A stretch of DNA of 64,000 nucleotides from positions 55,500-119,499 of IMG/VR virus record IMGVR_UViG_3300024346_000016; one strand, written 5' to 3'. This DNA is from a virus. Lineage: Duplodnaviria; Caudoviricetes. Every line of letters starts with the position of its first letter. Within the stretch, counting starts at the first letter, position 1. Positions 51,945 through 61,250 of this stretch are shown here, one piece after another. A program made the position numbers and the translations under genes. The notes under the pieces are model-generated. The model saw only the letters and a program-made list of their open reading frames with translations, had not been told where the DNA came from and did not search any database.

Positions 51945-51972
51945 AAGGCCGAGTATTTACTCGGCTTTTTTT
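51945..51972 (+). terminator. Rho-independent terminator
   Basis: GCCGAGTA-tt-TACTCGGC followed by a T-run. Confidence 0.8.
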
Positions 51973-52007
51973 GTAATCCTATGATGAAACTATTGTATAA
52001 TAAAGAT

Positions 52008-53087
52008 ATGAACACGCCAGCTGCACTATATGCATATTTTGGATATCTTGGAGATTTTTCAACTGATATACCAGGACATACTTTTTACCAAATTGGTTTA
52101 ATAGATCAATTGTGTAAGCATCACCAGATTGATAAAGTAGATTTCTATTCATACTTATCACACGATCAAGTTGGCGCAACTCAAAAGTCTCCAATTTGGC
52201 CAACCAGTCCAGTTACCCCAGTATTTGAAAAGTTTACTAAAGAAAGAATCAGATCCTATAATTTAGGATTTGCTAAAGTCGCTGAAAATATTGAAAAGGG
52301 CAGATACGATAAAATTTTCCTAAAAGCCAGATTTAGAAATCTTTCAACCTTAACTAAACAGTTAACTGATGCAAGGCAGTTTGAACTTCTTATTAAAGCA
52401 GCAATTCAAACTGGTCAAGCCAATAAAGTTGTAATATTAGATACGGATCTTTCGCTTGATCCAGAATTTGTTGATTTTTGTAAATCTCAAGGAATAACAT
52501 TTGAAATTCCATCAATAGACTATCCAAATGTATCAAAGGATTTTATTAAAGCCTGTGAAAAGGTATGGTTAGACGAAACTGACAGATTTGAAAGAAATGA
52601 CAAAGTATTTTATTATGGAAATATTTCATTTGGTAATTATAAAGTAGGTCATGCTAAAAATCCAATTGTGGTTGATGCAATAAAGACGTCTGCTGATTTT
52701 AAATCATTTACTGGTAAAAAATACGATGTTGCAATTGCTGGTAAACTTGATTCGGCCCTAACTAGTGATTTTCAAGAAAAGAATATTAAATTAATAAAGA
52801 GAACTGACCGATCTGATATTTGGAATGAATATGCTAGTTCAGCAATAAGTCTAAATATCTCAAAGGATCTATATCTAGAGCGAGGATTTTATCCAGCCAG
52901 GGTATACGAAAGCCTTATTTTTGGTGCAATACCAGTATCTTATATGGACTATCGTATCCATGAAGCTCTTGGATTTACAGATTTACATAAGTTAGAAGAA
53001 ATTTTAGCATTTTTTAAAGATTCTAGCCCTTCTGACCGAGCTGCCATCTATTCTAAATGTATTTCAAACCTGTTTCCGTGTAGATAA
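52008..53087 (+). CDS. GT-B-fold glycosyltransferase-like protein
   Basis: 'VFYYGN', 'YASSAISLNISK...FYPARVYESLIFGAIPV' resemble the C-terminal domain of CgeB-like / T4 beta-glucosyltransferase-type enzymes. ATG 52008 follows TATAAT by 6 nt. Confidence 0.6.
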   Translation: MNTPAALYAYFGYLGDFSTDIPGHTFYQIGLIDQLCKHHQIDKVDFYSYLSHDQVGATQKSPIWPTSPVTPVFEKFTKERIRSYNLGFAKVAENIEKGRYDKIFLKARFRNLSTLTKQLTDARQFELLIKAAIQTGQANKVVILDTDLSLDPEFVDFCKSQGITFEIPSIDYPNVSKDFIKACEKVWLDETDRFERNDKVFYYGNISFGNYKVGHAKNPIVVDAIKTSADFKSFTGKKYDVAIAGKLDSALTSDFQEKNIKLIKRTDRSDIWNEYASSAISLNISKDLYLERGFYPARVYESLIFGAIPVSYMDYRIHEALGFTDLHKLEEILAFFKDSSPSDRAAIYSKCISNLFPCR

Positions 53088-53113
53088 ATAAAGAAAAATG
53101 GCCCTACTACTAA

Positions 53114-55642
53114 ATGGCATCAAAATATATTTTAAGTAGAGATCAATTTGTAATTAACGAATCTGATAACTCTAATCCACTATTTGACTTCTTAAATGAA
53201 GTTGGTCCAGACCTAATGCAAATGCTGGACACAATTAAACCAGTCTTGCCTGAATCAGTATCAGATGAATTTATTGAAAATTCGCAAAGATACGATGCTG
53301 CTCTTAGCCAGTCTGGATTTTCTGAAAATTCTAAATTAGAGCATATTTTATATGCAATGGGAACTACCGGAGTTACCCTATTTACAGAATCTAATTTTAA
53401 CCTTGATTCAGTAATTGAACATTACTATTCAGTTAACGAGGACTTTTTTGATACACTTAGATCAATTTGGAACGCCTTAACCGAAAACGGCTCGCCACTA
53501 GGAATCGTACACTTATTATTAGATATTATTGGATTTATTCCAGCTTCATATTTTGGCTTTCCTATTGATATTGTTGCAGATGGACTAAACGCCGTAATTT
53601 ACCTGCTAGAAGGTCAATATGGATCAGCATTAATTAGTGTTATTGCAGCAGCTCTACCAGGAATTGGTGATGCAGCCAAAGCATTAAAATTAGCAAAGGG
53701 CTTTAAGAAAATAAACAATTTGGCTGAAGTTGCATTTAAAACAGGTAAAGCTGACCCAGGTATTGTTAAGGCTCTTGCCAAAGAAGATCCTGCAACACTT
53801 GCTAAATTCTTAAATATATTTTCTGGAGCAAAACCAGTTATTACATTTTTTATAAACCTTGCAAAAGGAGTTGGTCGAGGAATTGAAGCACTATTAAGAT
53901 CATGGCCAGTAAGTATGCTATTCGGCGGACTTGGTAAAAAGCTTGGAAAATGGCTAGACACGGCAGTTACACCAATTACCAAAAATCTAGATTCTGCAAT
54001 TGATGATATAGCAGCTCTTACAGCTAAGGGCTCAGACGATATTACCTCTGCAATCAAAGCTGGCGATGCAACAAAGGTTGCAGATACCGGTACCGGTTTA
54101 ATTACTAAATTAGGCGATGAATTAACTGCAGCAAAAGCCGCAGGTAATATGGCAGAAGTTAAACGTATTGAAGGACTTCTTCAAACTCGTATCGGAAAAG
54201 GCTTACCTGGAGCAGGGCGCTTTGTTAAAGGCGGCAGGCTAATTGATGTTATAAATGCAAATCTTAAAATTAGTGATGATCTTCTTAAAACCGGAGGAAA
54301 GAATCTAGACGAATTCTTAGAAAAAGGTTGGGATGAATATATTTCTGTATGGAAAGAACTTAAACAGCTAGATGGAGTTCCTCTTACAGCAAGCGACCTT
54401 AGTCAACTTGAAAAGCTTAAATCTGCTTGGATGGAAGGTCGTAAAGCTGAGGCGCTATTTGCTGGAATGAAAGGTATTAGCGATTTGCCAGCGGATGATC
54501 TAATTAGATTAACTGGTAATGCTGCTGAAATATCAACTAAAAAAGGTGCAAACTTTAGTGCTAGATTAGTTGCAGAGATTTCAGATGATCCAGCCAAATT
54601 AAGTAAGTTTTTTAATGGAATTTTATCTAACCCTGCGGCACTAGCCAAATTAGAAGAAGCTGGCCCTGGTGTAGTTGGAATGTATAGACTCTTTGCAAAA
54701 AATCCAGAAGTATATGTTGATATTGCAAAAGCTGGATCTAGTGCAATTAAAAGGTTTGACGATTTAGCAAAAGTTGGAGGAACCTGGTCACAAGCTCTTA
54801 GAAAAAGTAGAGTTATGCGAAATAAACTAATTATTGCTAAAAACGTAATTGGTGCTCCACTTAGATGTCCAATTGCAGAGTTAGGACAAGGAAATATGGG
54901 AGGTATTGAGGCATTAGGTACGTTAGGTTTAAAAAAGGAATCTACTAAATTTATCCTAAGTCGATCTCAGTTTTTGTTAGAGGCAGAAGATGCTGCACCT
55001 ACTACGGCAGCAGATGAAATATCACAGGAATTAGAAAAAGCAAAAAGAGGTAATGCAATAGTAGGTCCTCTTAGCTATGTTGATATTTGTCAAAGTCACG
55101 TAAATAAAGCAATAGACGAACTTGCACTAACTGCAACCATTCCTCCAGCTGGTAGCTCACTAGTTAAAAACGGCCCAAAACAAGATTTTGTTGCAGCCGG
55201 AGTTAGTAGTGAAGCTACTATTGCTAATCAAGAAGCAGTCGATGCTACCCTAAAACAAATGGGAATAGATTCTCCAATTTCAGATGCAGGTATGATGACC
55301 GAATTACCAGCCGATGCCACTATTCAAGAAGTAATTTCAGAAAGAGTTGGAACCGACTGGCAACACGGCGGCCTATGGTATATGTTAGCTGCGGTAATGA
55401 CACAGGACATGGAATATGAATCAATTAAATCTAAACTTAAGAGTGCCCTTAAAGAGTATGAAAATAATTATAAGCGTACAGCCGGTAATAAAGCAACAAC
55501 TGGCTCAATTAGTTTTTATCCATCTCCTGGAGAAGCACAATTAATCAAATCTGAATTTGAAAAACTGGATGCCGATCCATCGTATAGACCAAATTTCTTT
55601 GGAGGTTCGGTGACTTCTAGCGACTTACTTAAAATGTTTTAA
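53114..55642 (+). CDS. Large putative internal (ejected) virion protein with pre-toxin-TG-like hydrophobic segment
   Basis: Leader KYILSRDQFVINE|S is repeated internally (KFILSRSQFLLE|A). Contains 'LLDIIGFIP...VADGLNAVIYLLEG.YGSALIS..AAALPGIGDAAKALK'. TAAATA at 53085-53090. Confidence 0.55.
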   Translation: MASKYILSRDQFVINESDNSNPLFDFLNEVGPDLMQMLDTIKPVLPESVSDEFIENSQRYDAALSQSGFSENSKLEHILYAMGTTGVTLFTESNFNLDSVIEHYYSVNEDFFDTLRSIWNALTENGSPLGIVHLLLDIIGFIPASYFGFPIDIVADGLNAVIYLLEGQYGSALISVIAAALPGIGDAAKALKLAKGFKKINNLAEVAFKTGKADPGIVKALAKEDPATLAKFLNIFSGAKPVITFFINLAKGVGRGIEALLRSWPVSMLFGGLGKKLGKWLDTAVTPITKNLDSAIDDIAALTAKGSDDITSAIKAGDATKVADTGTGLITKLGDELTAAKAAGNMAEVKRIEGLLQTRIGKGLPGAGRFVKGGRLIDVINANLKISDDLLKTGGKNLDEFLEKGWDEYISVWKELKQLDGVPLTASDLSQLEKLKSAWMEGRKAEALFAGMKGISDLPADDLIRLTGNAAEISTKKGANFSARLVAEISDDPAKLSKFFNGILSNPAALAKLEEAGPGVVGMYRLFAKNPEVYVDIAKAGSSAIKRFDDLAKVGGTWSQALRKSRVMRNKLIIAKNVIGAPLRCPIAELGQGNMGGIEALGTLGLKKESTKFILSRSQFLLEAEDAAPTTAADEISQELEKAKRGNAIVGPLSYVDICQSHVNKAIDELALTATIPPAGSSLVKNGPKQDFVAAGVSSEATIANQEAVDATLKQMGIDSPISDAGMMTELPADATIQEVISERVGTDWQHGGLWYMLAAVMTQDMEYESIKSKLKSALKEYENNYKRTAGNKATTGSISFYPSPGEAQLIKSEFEKLDADPSYRPNFFGGSVTSSDLLKMF

Positions 55643-55646
55643 TATA

Positions 55647-57044
55647 ATGAAAACCATAAAAAACATAACTGCTCTATTTGAGCAAACTGCTACTGAAACT
55701 GAAACTAAGTTTAAGCTGCTTGCGCAGCCTATCACTTTACCAGCTGGCGAAGGTAGCATTAGAATAAAATGGCAATACCAATTTAGCTGGCCAGCTAAAA
55801 ATCCACTATTGGGAGATGTTAAGGAGTTAATTAATACAATTAATAATGCTAAGGATGGTGATGCTCAGCAGGTTCTAACTGCAATTAAAGGATCTGACAA
55901 AACGCATGAAGTAGGTATTATTAGAGCTAATGTATCAACTCAAAAAAATAGAATAATTGGAAAAGATCTAGGAGAATTTACAGGATGGATCTATCTTTTT
56001 TATCCCGATACAATTAATACTCAAGCTATTCCAGCAAATCAAAAAATAGCCTCTGGTATTGATGCCAGACTGACCTATTTAATGGGTGCAGATGGCTCAT
56101 TTCAAAAGTATTTTAAGGAGCCAGGCACAGGTAAACCAACAGTCGACGCTAAGAAAACCGATGTTGATGTAAAACCCGCTACAGTATTTACGGCAGCTTC
56201 ATTTTTAGATGGAGACGGACCGGCATACAAATGGTTTTATAATGATATTGGTCTGTATTCAACTTACATAAAGAAAGTCACTGATAAGATTGGAAGGGCA
56301 AGGGTTGCAGTTACAACAAGCGGTGATATTGTTCCAATATTTTGGAAATTTATTTCTAAACTACCAGATGGAATGGCTAAATCTGAGCCAGGCGATTCGG
56401 ATCAGCACAAAATTTATTCGGAACCGCTGCAGACTGCTTTAATAAATCTGTTTGCCAAAGCTGCTAAATTTGACCCGTCAAATTTTTCTAAAGTCAACGT
56501 TAATGAATTAACACGAGATCTTTACTCTAAAATGGCCCATGCTGTAGTGGTATTAGGATTAAACGCTGGAAAAATTAAGTTAAATTCACTAGAATTTATG
56601 AAAGATCCAGAAAGTGCGGAATATTATGCTCCATTCATAATCTCGGATTTAGCATCCGGTACACTTGTTGATCCGACTGCAGCCGCTGCGACAACCGCGT
56701 CTGGATTTGATGGAACTGCTATAACAACTGAAGATCAAGTGTTAAAGATTTTTGCAGGATTAGTCGTATCTGACAAGACACTTTGGGGAACCCCAGATGT
56801 TTCTACAATCGATAAAGTTAAAACTCACTTTAAAACCAATATGAATAAAACTAGTGCAGGATCTTATGAAAATATGTTTGCTGCTATTAAAAAATTCTCA
56901 GGATTTAAACACGGTCAAACGTATAGTGGATCAAAAGGATTTAAGGATTTTGAATCTGTGGTAAAGGGAACAGCTACTGGAAAATTTGATGATGGGTTGC
57001 TTACAATTATTAAATCTGCCATAACAGCCTCTCCAATTAAATAA
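55647..57044 (+). CDS. Hypothetical protein with capsid-targeting-like leader
   Basis: 465 aa. Begins MKTIKNITALFE|Q. Confidence 0.55.
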   Translation: MKTIKNITALFEQTATETETKFKLLAQPITLPAGEGSIRIKWQYQFSWPAKNPLLGDVKELINTINNAKDGDAQQVLTAIKGSDKTHEVGIIRANVSTQKNRIIGKDLGEFTGWIYLFYPDTINTQAIPANQKIASGIDARLTYLMGADGSFQKYFKEPGTGKPTVDAKKTDVDVKPATVFTAASFLDGDGPAYKWFYNDIGLYSTYIKKVTDKIGRARVAVTTSGDIVPIFWKFISKLPDGMAKSEPGDSDQHKIYSEPLQTALINLFAKAAKFDPSNFSKVNVNELTRDLYSKMAHAVVVLGLNAGKIKLNSLEFMKDPESAEYYAPFIISDLASGTLVDPTAAAATTASGFDGTAITTEDQVLKIFAGLVVSDKTLWGTPDVSTIDKVKTHFKTNMNKTSAGSYENMFAAIKKFSGFKHGQTYSGSKGFKDFESVVKGTATGKFDDGLLTIIKSAITASPIK

Positions 57045-57066
57045 ATAATTAAAATAAATTAAAAAA

Positions 57067-57747
57067 ATGAGAAATATTAAAAAATTTTCAGACTTTATAG
57101 TCGAACAAACCGGAAGATTTGGACAAGCTTCTTCCTCAAGCTCATCTGGTCAAAAAAGCAGTACATCTGCTCCAAAAAAGGAAGAACCAAAAACTCCGCC
57201 TGCTGCTACAACCATTACGCAAGCAGAGTTTGATAAAGTTGTTGCAGAATTAGATGGATTTGCACTATTTTTTGCAAATAAAGCACAAACCCTAGCTAAA
57301 TACGATGAAACCTCAATGTCAGATTGTGATGGTAATTTACTTGCATGGAGCGATGACGAAGCCTGCTATTGGAAAATTATTTGGCAAAACTGGGGAGCGG
57401 AAGGATGCCCTGCTGCATACACTAAATTTGCCACAAAGGTTACTGAATTTACTGCAAACCTTGCTAAATATCCAAATCAAGATGCTGCTAAATTGGTTCA
57501 AACTAGAGCTTCTCATAATTTGCACGAAGCAAATAGAATGAATCAAAAGGATAACAATACTATAACTGCTCCAGCTGGAAAACGTTCAGACACTTTACGT
57601 GGAATGGTTATGAAGGTAATTAATAACGATGATCATAACTTTAGATGGACTATGTATTATACTACTGCAACGGTTACTCCATTTGGAGGAGGCGCGCCAT
57701 CTACCGTTTCGCCAACTTCAACTTATAAAGTAGATTGTGATTTTTAA
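57067..57747 (+). CDS. Hypothetical protein with capsid-targeting-like leader
   Basis: 226 aa. Begins MRNIKKFSDFIVE|Q followed by a Ser/Pro linker. Confidence 0.6.
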   Translation: MRNIKKFSDFIVEQTGRFGQASSSSSSGQKSSTSAPKKEEPKTPPAATTITQAEFDKVVAELDGFALFFANKAQTLAKYDETSMSDCDGNLLAWSDDEACYWKIIWQNWGAEGCPAAYTKFATKVTEFTANLAKYPNQDAAKLVQTRASHNLHEANRMNQKDNNTITAPAGKRSDTLRGMVMKVINNDDHNFRWTMYYTTATVTPFGGGAPSTVSPTSTYKVDCDF

Positions 57748-57750
57748 TTT

Positions 57751-57945
57751 ATGCTAATAATTGATATAAGAAATTCAGAGTCTCTGGAAAGAGCACTCAA
57801 ACAATTAAAAAGAAAGGTCATTGATACTAAACAGTTACAAAATTTGCGTGATCGTAAAGAATTTGTAAAACCTAGTGTTAAGCGAAGATCTGAAATTAAT
57901 AAAGCAAAGTACATTCAAAAAAAGTGGGATGCAGACAATAAATGA
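57751..57945 (+). CDS. rpsU: Ribosomal protein bS21
   Basis: 'MLIIDI...ESLERALKQLKRKV....QLQNLRDRKEFVKPSVKRR.EI.KA.Y' is Bacteroidota-type bS21. Confidence 0.9.
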   Translation: MLIIDIRNSESLERALKQLKRKVIDTKQLQNLRDRKEFVKPSVKRRSEINKAKYIQKKWDADNK

Positions 57946-58424
57946 TTTTTACATTCACAGATTATTTAGCAGAGAGCGAAAAGCAGCTTGAAATTCGAGC
58001 AGCTGGCTTGGCTATTATCTGGGAAGGCAAACTTTTATTAATTCATCCTTCTGATGCAAGTTGGAAGAACCAACCGTTTGGCATTCCTAAAGGTGGAATC
58101 GAAGATGGTGAAGATCTTTTAACTTGCGCAATTCGTGAGACAAGGGAAGAGACCGGGATTACGGTAGATCCAGAACTAATTGATAAAAATGAGAAATATT
58201 TTGTATTTTACCGTCGCGGTATTCCTCACAGTCGCTGCGCTTATTTTGACGTACGCATTGAGAGCCTTGAACAAATTGGCCTTGCTTCGCCGAAGGTACC
58301 TAAAGAACAACTACAGGCCGAGGAGGTAGATTGGGCTGGATTTGTCCCAATACAAGAGGCAATTACTAAATTATCGCGCTCTCAGCAGATAATTGCTCAA
58401 CGATTGATTGAAACTATCGAATAG
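57942..58424 (+). CDS. NUDIX hydrolase with capsid-targeting-like leader
   Basis: Nudix box 'GGIEDGEDLLTCAIRETREETGI'. Leader MIFTFTDYLAE|S. Confidence 0.88.
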   Translation: MIFTFTDYLAESEKQLEIRAAGLAIIWEGKLLLIHPSDASWKNQPFGIPKGGIEDGEDLLTCAIRETREETGITVDPELIDKNEKYFVFYRRGIPHSRCAYFDVRIESLEQIGLASPKVPKEQLQAEEVDWAGFVPIQEAITKLSRSQQIIAQRLIETIE

Positions 58425-58461
58425 AGTTTGGTATAATATCTTAACAAAAACAAAGATATTT

Positions 58462-58977
58462 ATGTCAAACGAAACTGTAACTCAAGACGAGCAAATTTTA
58501 GAACAGGTTGATCAAATTACTGATGCAACTCCAGAGGTGGAAGAGCCTCAACAAGAATTATCCGAAATCGAAAAACTTAAAGCACAAAGACGTGGTCATT
58601 TTGATGTTCCATCAATGACACAAGACGATCTTAAGTGGTTAAGAAATTTCCTAAAAAACAGTGTTGAATTTACTGGACCTAACGAAGCTTTCGTTATTCT
58701 ACAAAATCACAACATGTTATTGGGAGAAATTGAAAACCATAAAGGCGAAGGTAAAAACTCTGAGACTAGTCCAGTTAGATTGCCAGCCGCATGTATTGAA
58801 TCTTGTCTGTATTTCCTAAACCGTGCAAAATTCACAGGGTTACACAATGCACAGGCTCTATTCAAAGTTTCTTTCCAATTAAACACTGCATACTCTAAAG
58901 TACATGAGTTAGACAAGGCCATCAAGACTTTGGAAACTCCAGTAGAGGCTCCGCAAACTGAGGAAACTCCCGCCTAA
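58462..58977 (+). CDS. Hypothetical acidic protein
   Basis: ATG 58462 (MSNETV) lies within ORF 58408..58977, downstream of GGTATAAT (58430-58437). Confidence 0.65.
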   Translation: MSNETVTQDEQILEQVDQITDATPEVEEPQQELSEIEKLKAQRRGHFDVPSMTQDDLKWLRNFLKNSVEFTGPNEAFVILQNHNMLLGEIENHKGEGKNSETSPVRLPAACIESCLYFLNRAKFTGLHNAQALFKVSFQLNTAYSKVHELDKAIKTLETPVEAPQTEETPA

Positions 58978-59001
58978 TTAATTGGCGTCTTTTATATAGC
59001 T

Positions 59002-59029
59002 AAAGGAGACCTATTTGGTCTCCTTTTTT
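59002..59029 (+). terminator. Rho-independent terminator
   Basis: AAAGGAGACC-tattt-GGTCTCCTTTTTT. Confidence 0.85.
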
Positions 59030-59042
59030 GTATAATATGTAT

Positions 59043-60338
59043 ATGAACAATCTCAAATTAATCCAGGACTTTATTGAGGCAATGAATGTAACTTCGTCGA
59101 CCAACGATAAAAAGGCAGTCCTGCAACAATTCAATAGCCCATATCTTAGAAAGATCCTAGAGTATACATACTCTCCATTCAAGCAGTATTACGTTACGCC
59201 GGCCAACTTAAAAAAGAGACAGGAGCTTTCTTTTGATAATTATGATGATCTATTTAGTCTGTTAGACGACCTGAATGAACGTCGTGTCACTGGCAACTCT
59301 GCAATAGCTTGTGTTAATGGTTTTATAGCTAGGAATTTGGAGTTCTCAGAAGTGATCTATAGTATCTTAGATCGCAACTTAAAAACTAGAGCAACTACCA
59401 CCTTAATTAATTCAATCTTACCTGGAACAATTCCAACCTTTGACGTTGCACTAGCCATGCCATATGATGATAGGACTAAAAAGAAAGTTAGGCTAGAAGA
59501 TCACTGGTACATGAGCCGTAAATTAGATGGAGTTCGCTGTGCTGCAATAATTGATGCAGATGGAGAAGTTAAGTTCTTTTCTAGAGGCGGTAATGAGTTC
59601 TTAACTCTAGATACGTTAAAGGCAGATATTAAAAAACTAAATTTAGTAGATACTGTTCTTGACGGCGAGGTTTGTATGATGAATGAGGCAGGTCAAGAAG
59701 ATTTTCAAGGAATTATTAAAGAAATTGGCCGAAAAAACCATACCATAAAAAATCCAAAATATTTAGTATTTGACTGTTTAACCCTAGAAGAGTTTAATAG
59801 CCAAACTTCAATTGGTGACAGAAAATTTAGGGATCGTATTACAATTGCGGCTCTACTGTTTAGTGGAATTGACTTAAAAAATACTACTCTACTAAAGCAG
59901 ACACTAATAGAGTCAGAGGAGCACCTGCAAACTGAAATTACTAATTCAACTGCTCAAGGTTGGGAAGGCTTAATGTTAAGAAAAGATACCCCATATATTG
60001 GAAAACGCAGTGATGAAATTCTTAAAGTTAAAAAATTCTGGGATGCTGAATACATTGTAGAAGGAGTTGAAAATTCAACACATAGAGTTATTGAAGATGG
60101 TCGCGAAGTCGAAGAAGAAATGCTAGGTAATATTTTTATTACGCATAGAGGAAATCAAGTTAGAGTAGGTTCAGGCTTTTCAATTGAACAACGTCGACAA
60201 TTTTACAAAAACCCTAGTCAAATTATTGGTAAAATAATTACAGTTCAATATTTTGAAGAAACAACAGACCAACACGGTCAGCACTCTTTAAGATTTCCAG
60301 TTATTAAAGCAATTTACGAAAAAACAAGAACAATATAA
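59043..60338 (+). CDS. ATP-dependent DNA ligase
   Basis: Motif I 'RKLDGVRC', 'VLDGE', 'VFDCL', 'EGLMLR', 'LKVKK', 'VGSGF', 'LRFP'. Start 59043 inferred from promoter spacing. Confidence 0.93.
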   Translation: MNNLKLIQDFIEAMNVTSSTNDKKAVLQQFNSPYLRKILEYTYSPFKQYYVTPANLKKRQELSFDNYDDLFSLLDDLNERRVTGNSAIACVNGFIARNLEFSEVIYSILDRNLKTRATTTLINSILPGTIPTFDVALAMPYDDRTKKKVRLEDHWYMSRKLDGVRCAAIIDADGEVKFFSRGGNEFLTLDTLKADIKKLNLVDTVLDGEVCMMNEAGQEDFQGIIKEIGRKNHTIKNPKYLVFDCLTLEEFNSQTSIGDRKFRDRITIAALLFSGIDLKNTTLLKQTLIESEEHLQTEITNSTAQGWEGLMLRKDTPYIGKRSDEILKVKKFWDAEYIVEGVENSTHRVIEDGREVEEEMLGNIFITHRGNQVRVGSGFSIEQRRQFYKNPSQIIGKIITVQYFEETTDQHGQHSLRFPVIKAIYEKTRTI

Positions 60339-60814
60339 TGCCAAGAATTATTTTAGCGGGACCTGGCGCATCAGGTAAAGATTTTATGAGAAAACGCCTT
60401 GAGGACAGAGGCATGACGTATGCGGTAAGTTATACAACACGTCCACCAAGGCCAGGTGAAGTAGACGGTCAAGATTACTTCTTTTTAAGTCAAACCGAGT
60501 GTCAACAAATGATTGACTCCGGTAAATTCTATGAAGTAATTGATTTTAATGGTTGGACGTATGGCACCACCATCGAACAGTTTTATCGTGATGATGTTTT
60601 TATTATGACGCCAAGCGGCCTATCACATCTTTCACCAGAGGATCGTGCAAAATCATTTGTAATATTTTTTGATATTGCAGAAGACCCACGTAGACAACGG
60701 CTGGCAGACCGAGTTATGCCAGGTCACACAGTCGATGCTCGACTACAAGCAGATAAAGAATTATTTGCAAACTTTAATAATTATGATTTAAAAATAACAA
60801 ACCCAAACTTTTAA
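60338..60814 (+). CDS. gmk: Guanylate kinase-like protein
   Basis: P-loop 'GPGASGKD', 'VSYTTRPPRPGEVDGQDYFF', 'YGT'. Confidence 0.88.
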   Translation: MPRIILAGPGASGKDFMRKRLEDRGMTYAVSYTTRPPRPGEVDGQDYFFLSQTECQQMIDSGKFYEVIDFNGWTYGTTIEQFYRDDVFIMTPSGLSHLSPEDRAKSFVIFFDIAEDPRRQRLADRVMPGHTVDARLQADKELFANFNNYDLKITNPNF

Positions 60815-60815
60815 T

Positions 60816-61226
60816 ATGTCAACATTTAGCGGAACCTTAATTAACGTAGACGATACTCAATTTGTATCAGCCAAATTCAAAAAAAGAGAATTTGTAGTCG
60901 GGACTAACGATAAGTACCCACAGTATGTAACCTTTGTTGCAATCCAAGAAAAATGCGAAATGCTGGATCCAGCAAAACCTGGAGATCAAATTCAGGTTGG
61001 CTATAAATTAGCCGGTCGTAAATGGGAAAGCCCTAGCGGCCAAATCAAATACTTTAATACAATCGAAGCAACTCAAATTCATATTGCAAAATCTAATCAA
61101 ATTTTAGATGAACAAGACATGACTGACGATGAAATCATGAATGACTTATTTGGAGCATCTCCGAATACACCAAATAAATCTACGCCAATTGAAGACGGAG
61201 ATTTGCCATGGGATATATTAGATTAG
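60816..61226 (+). CDS. DUF3127-like OB-fold ssDNA-binding protein
   Basis: 'FKKREFVV...KYPQ...F...Q.K......L.GR.W....G..KYFN.IEA' with SSB-like acidic tail 'DGDLPW'. Confidence 0.8.
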   Translation: MSTFSGTLINVDDTQFVSAKFKKREFVVGTNDKYPQYVTFVAIQEKCEMLDPAKPGDQIQVGYKLAGRKWESPSGQIKYFNTIEATQIHIAKSNQILDEQDMTDDEIMNDLFGASPNTPNKSTPIEDGDLPWDILD

Positions 61227-61250
61227 TATAATAGTATAAAATATAAAGAA

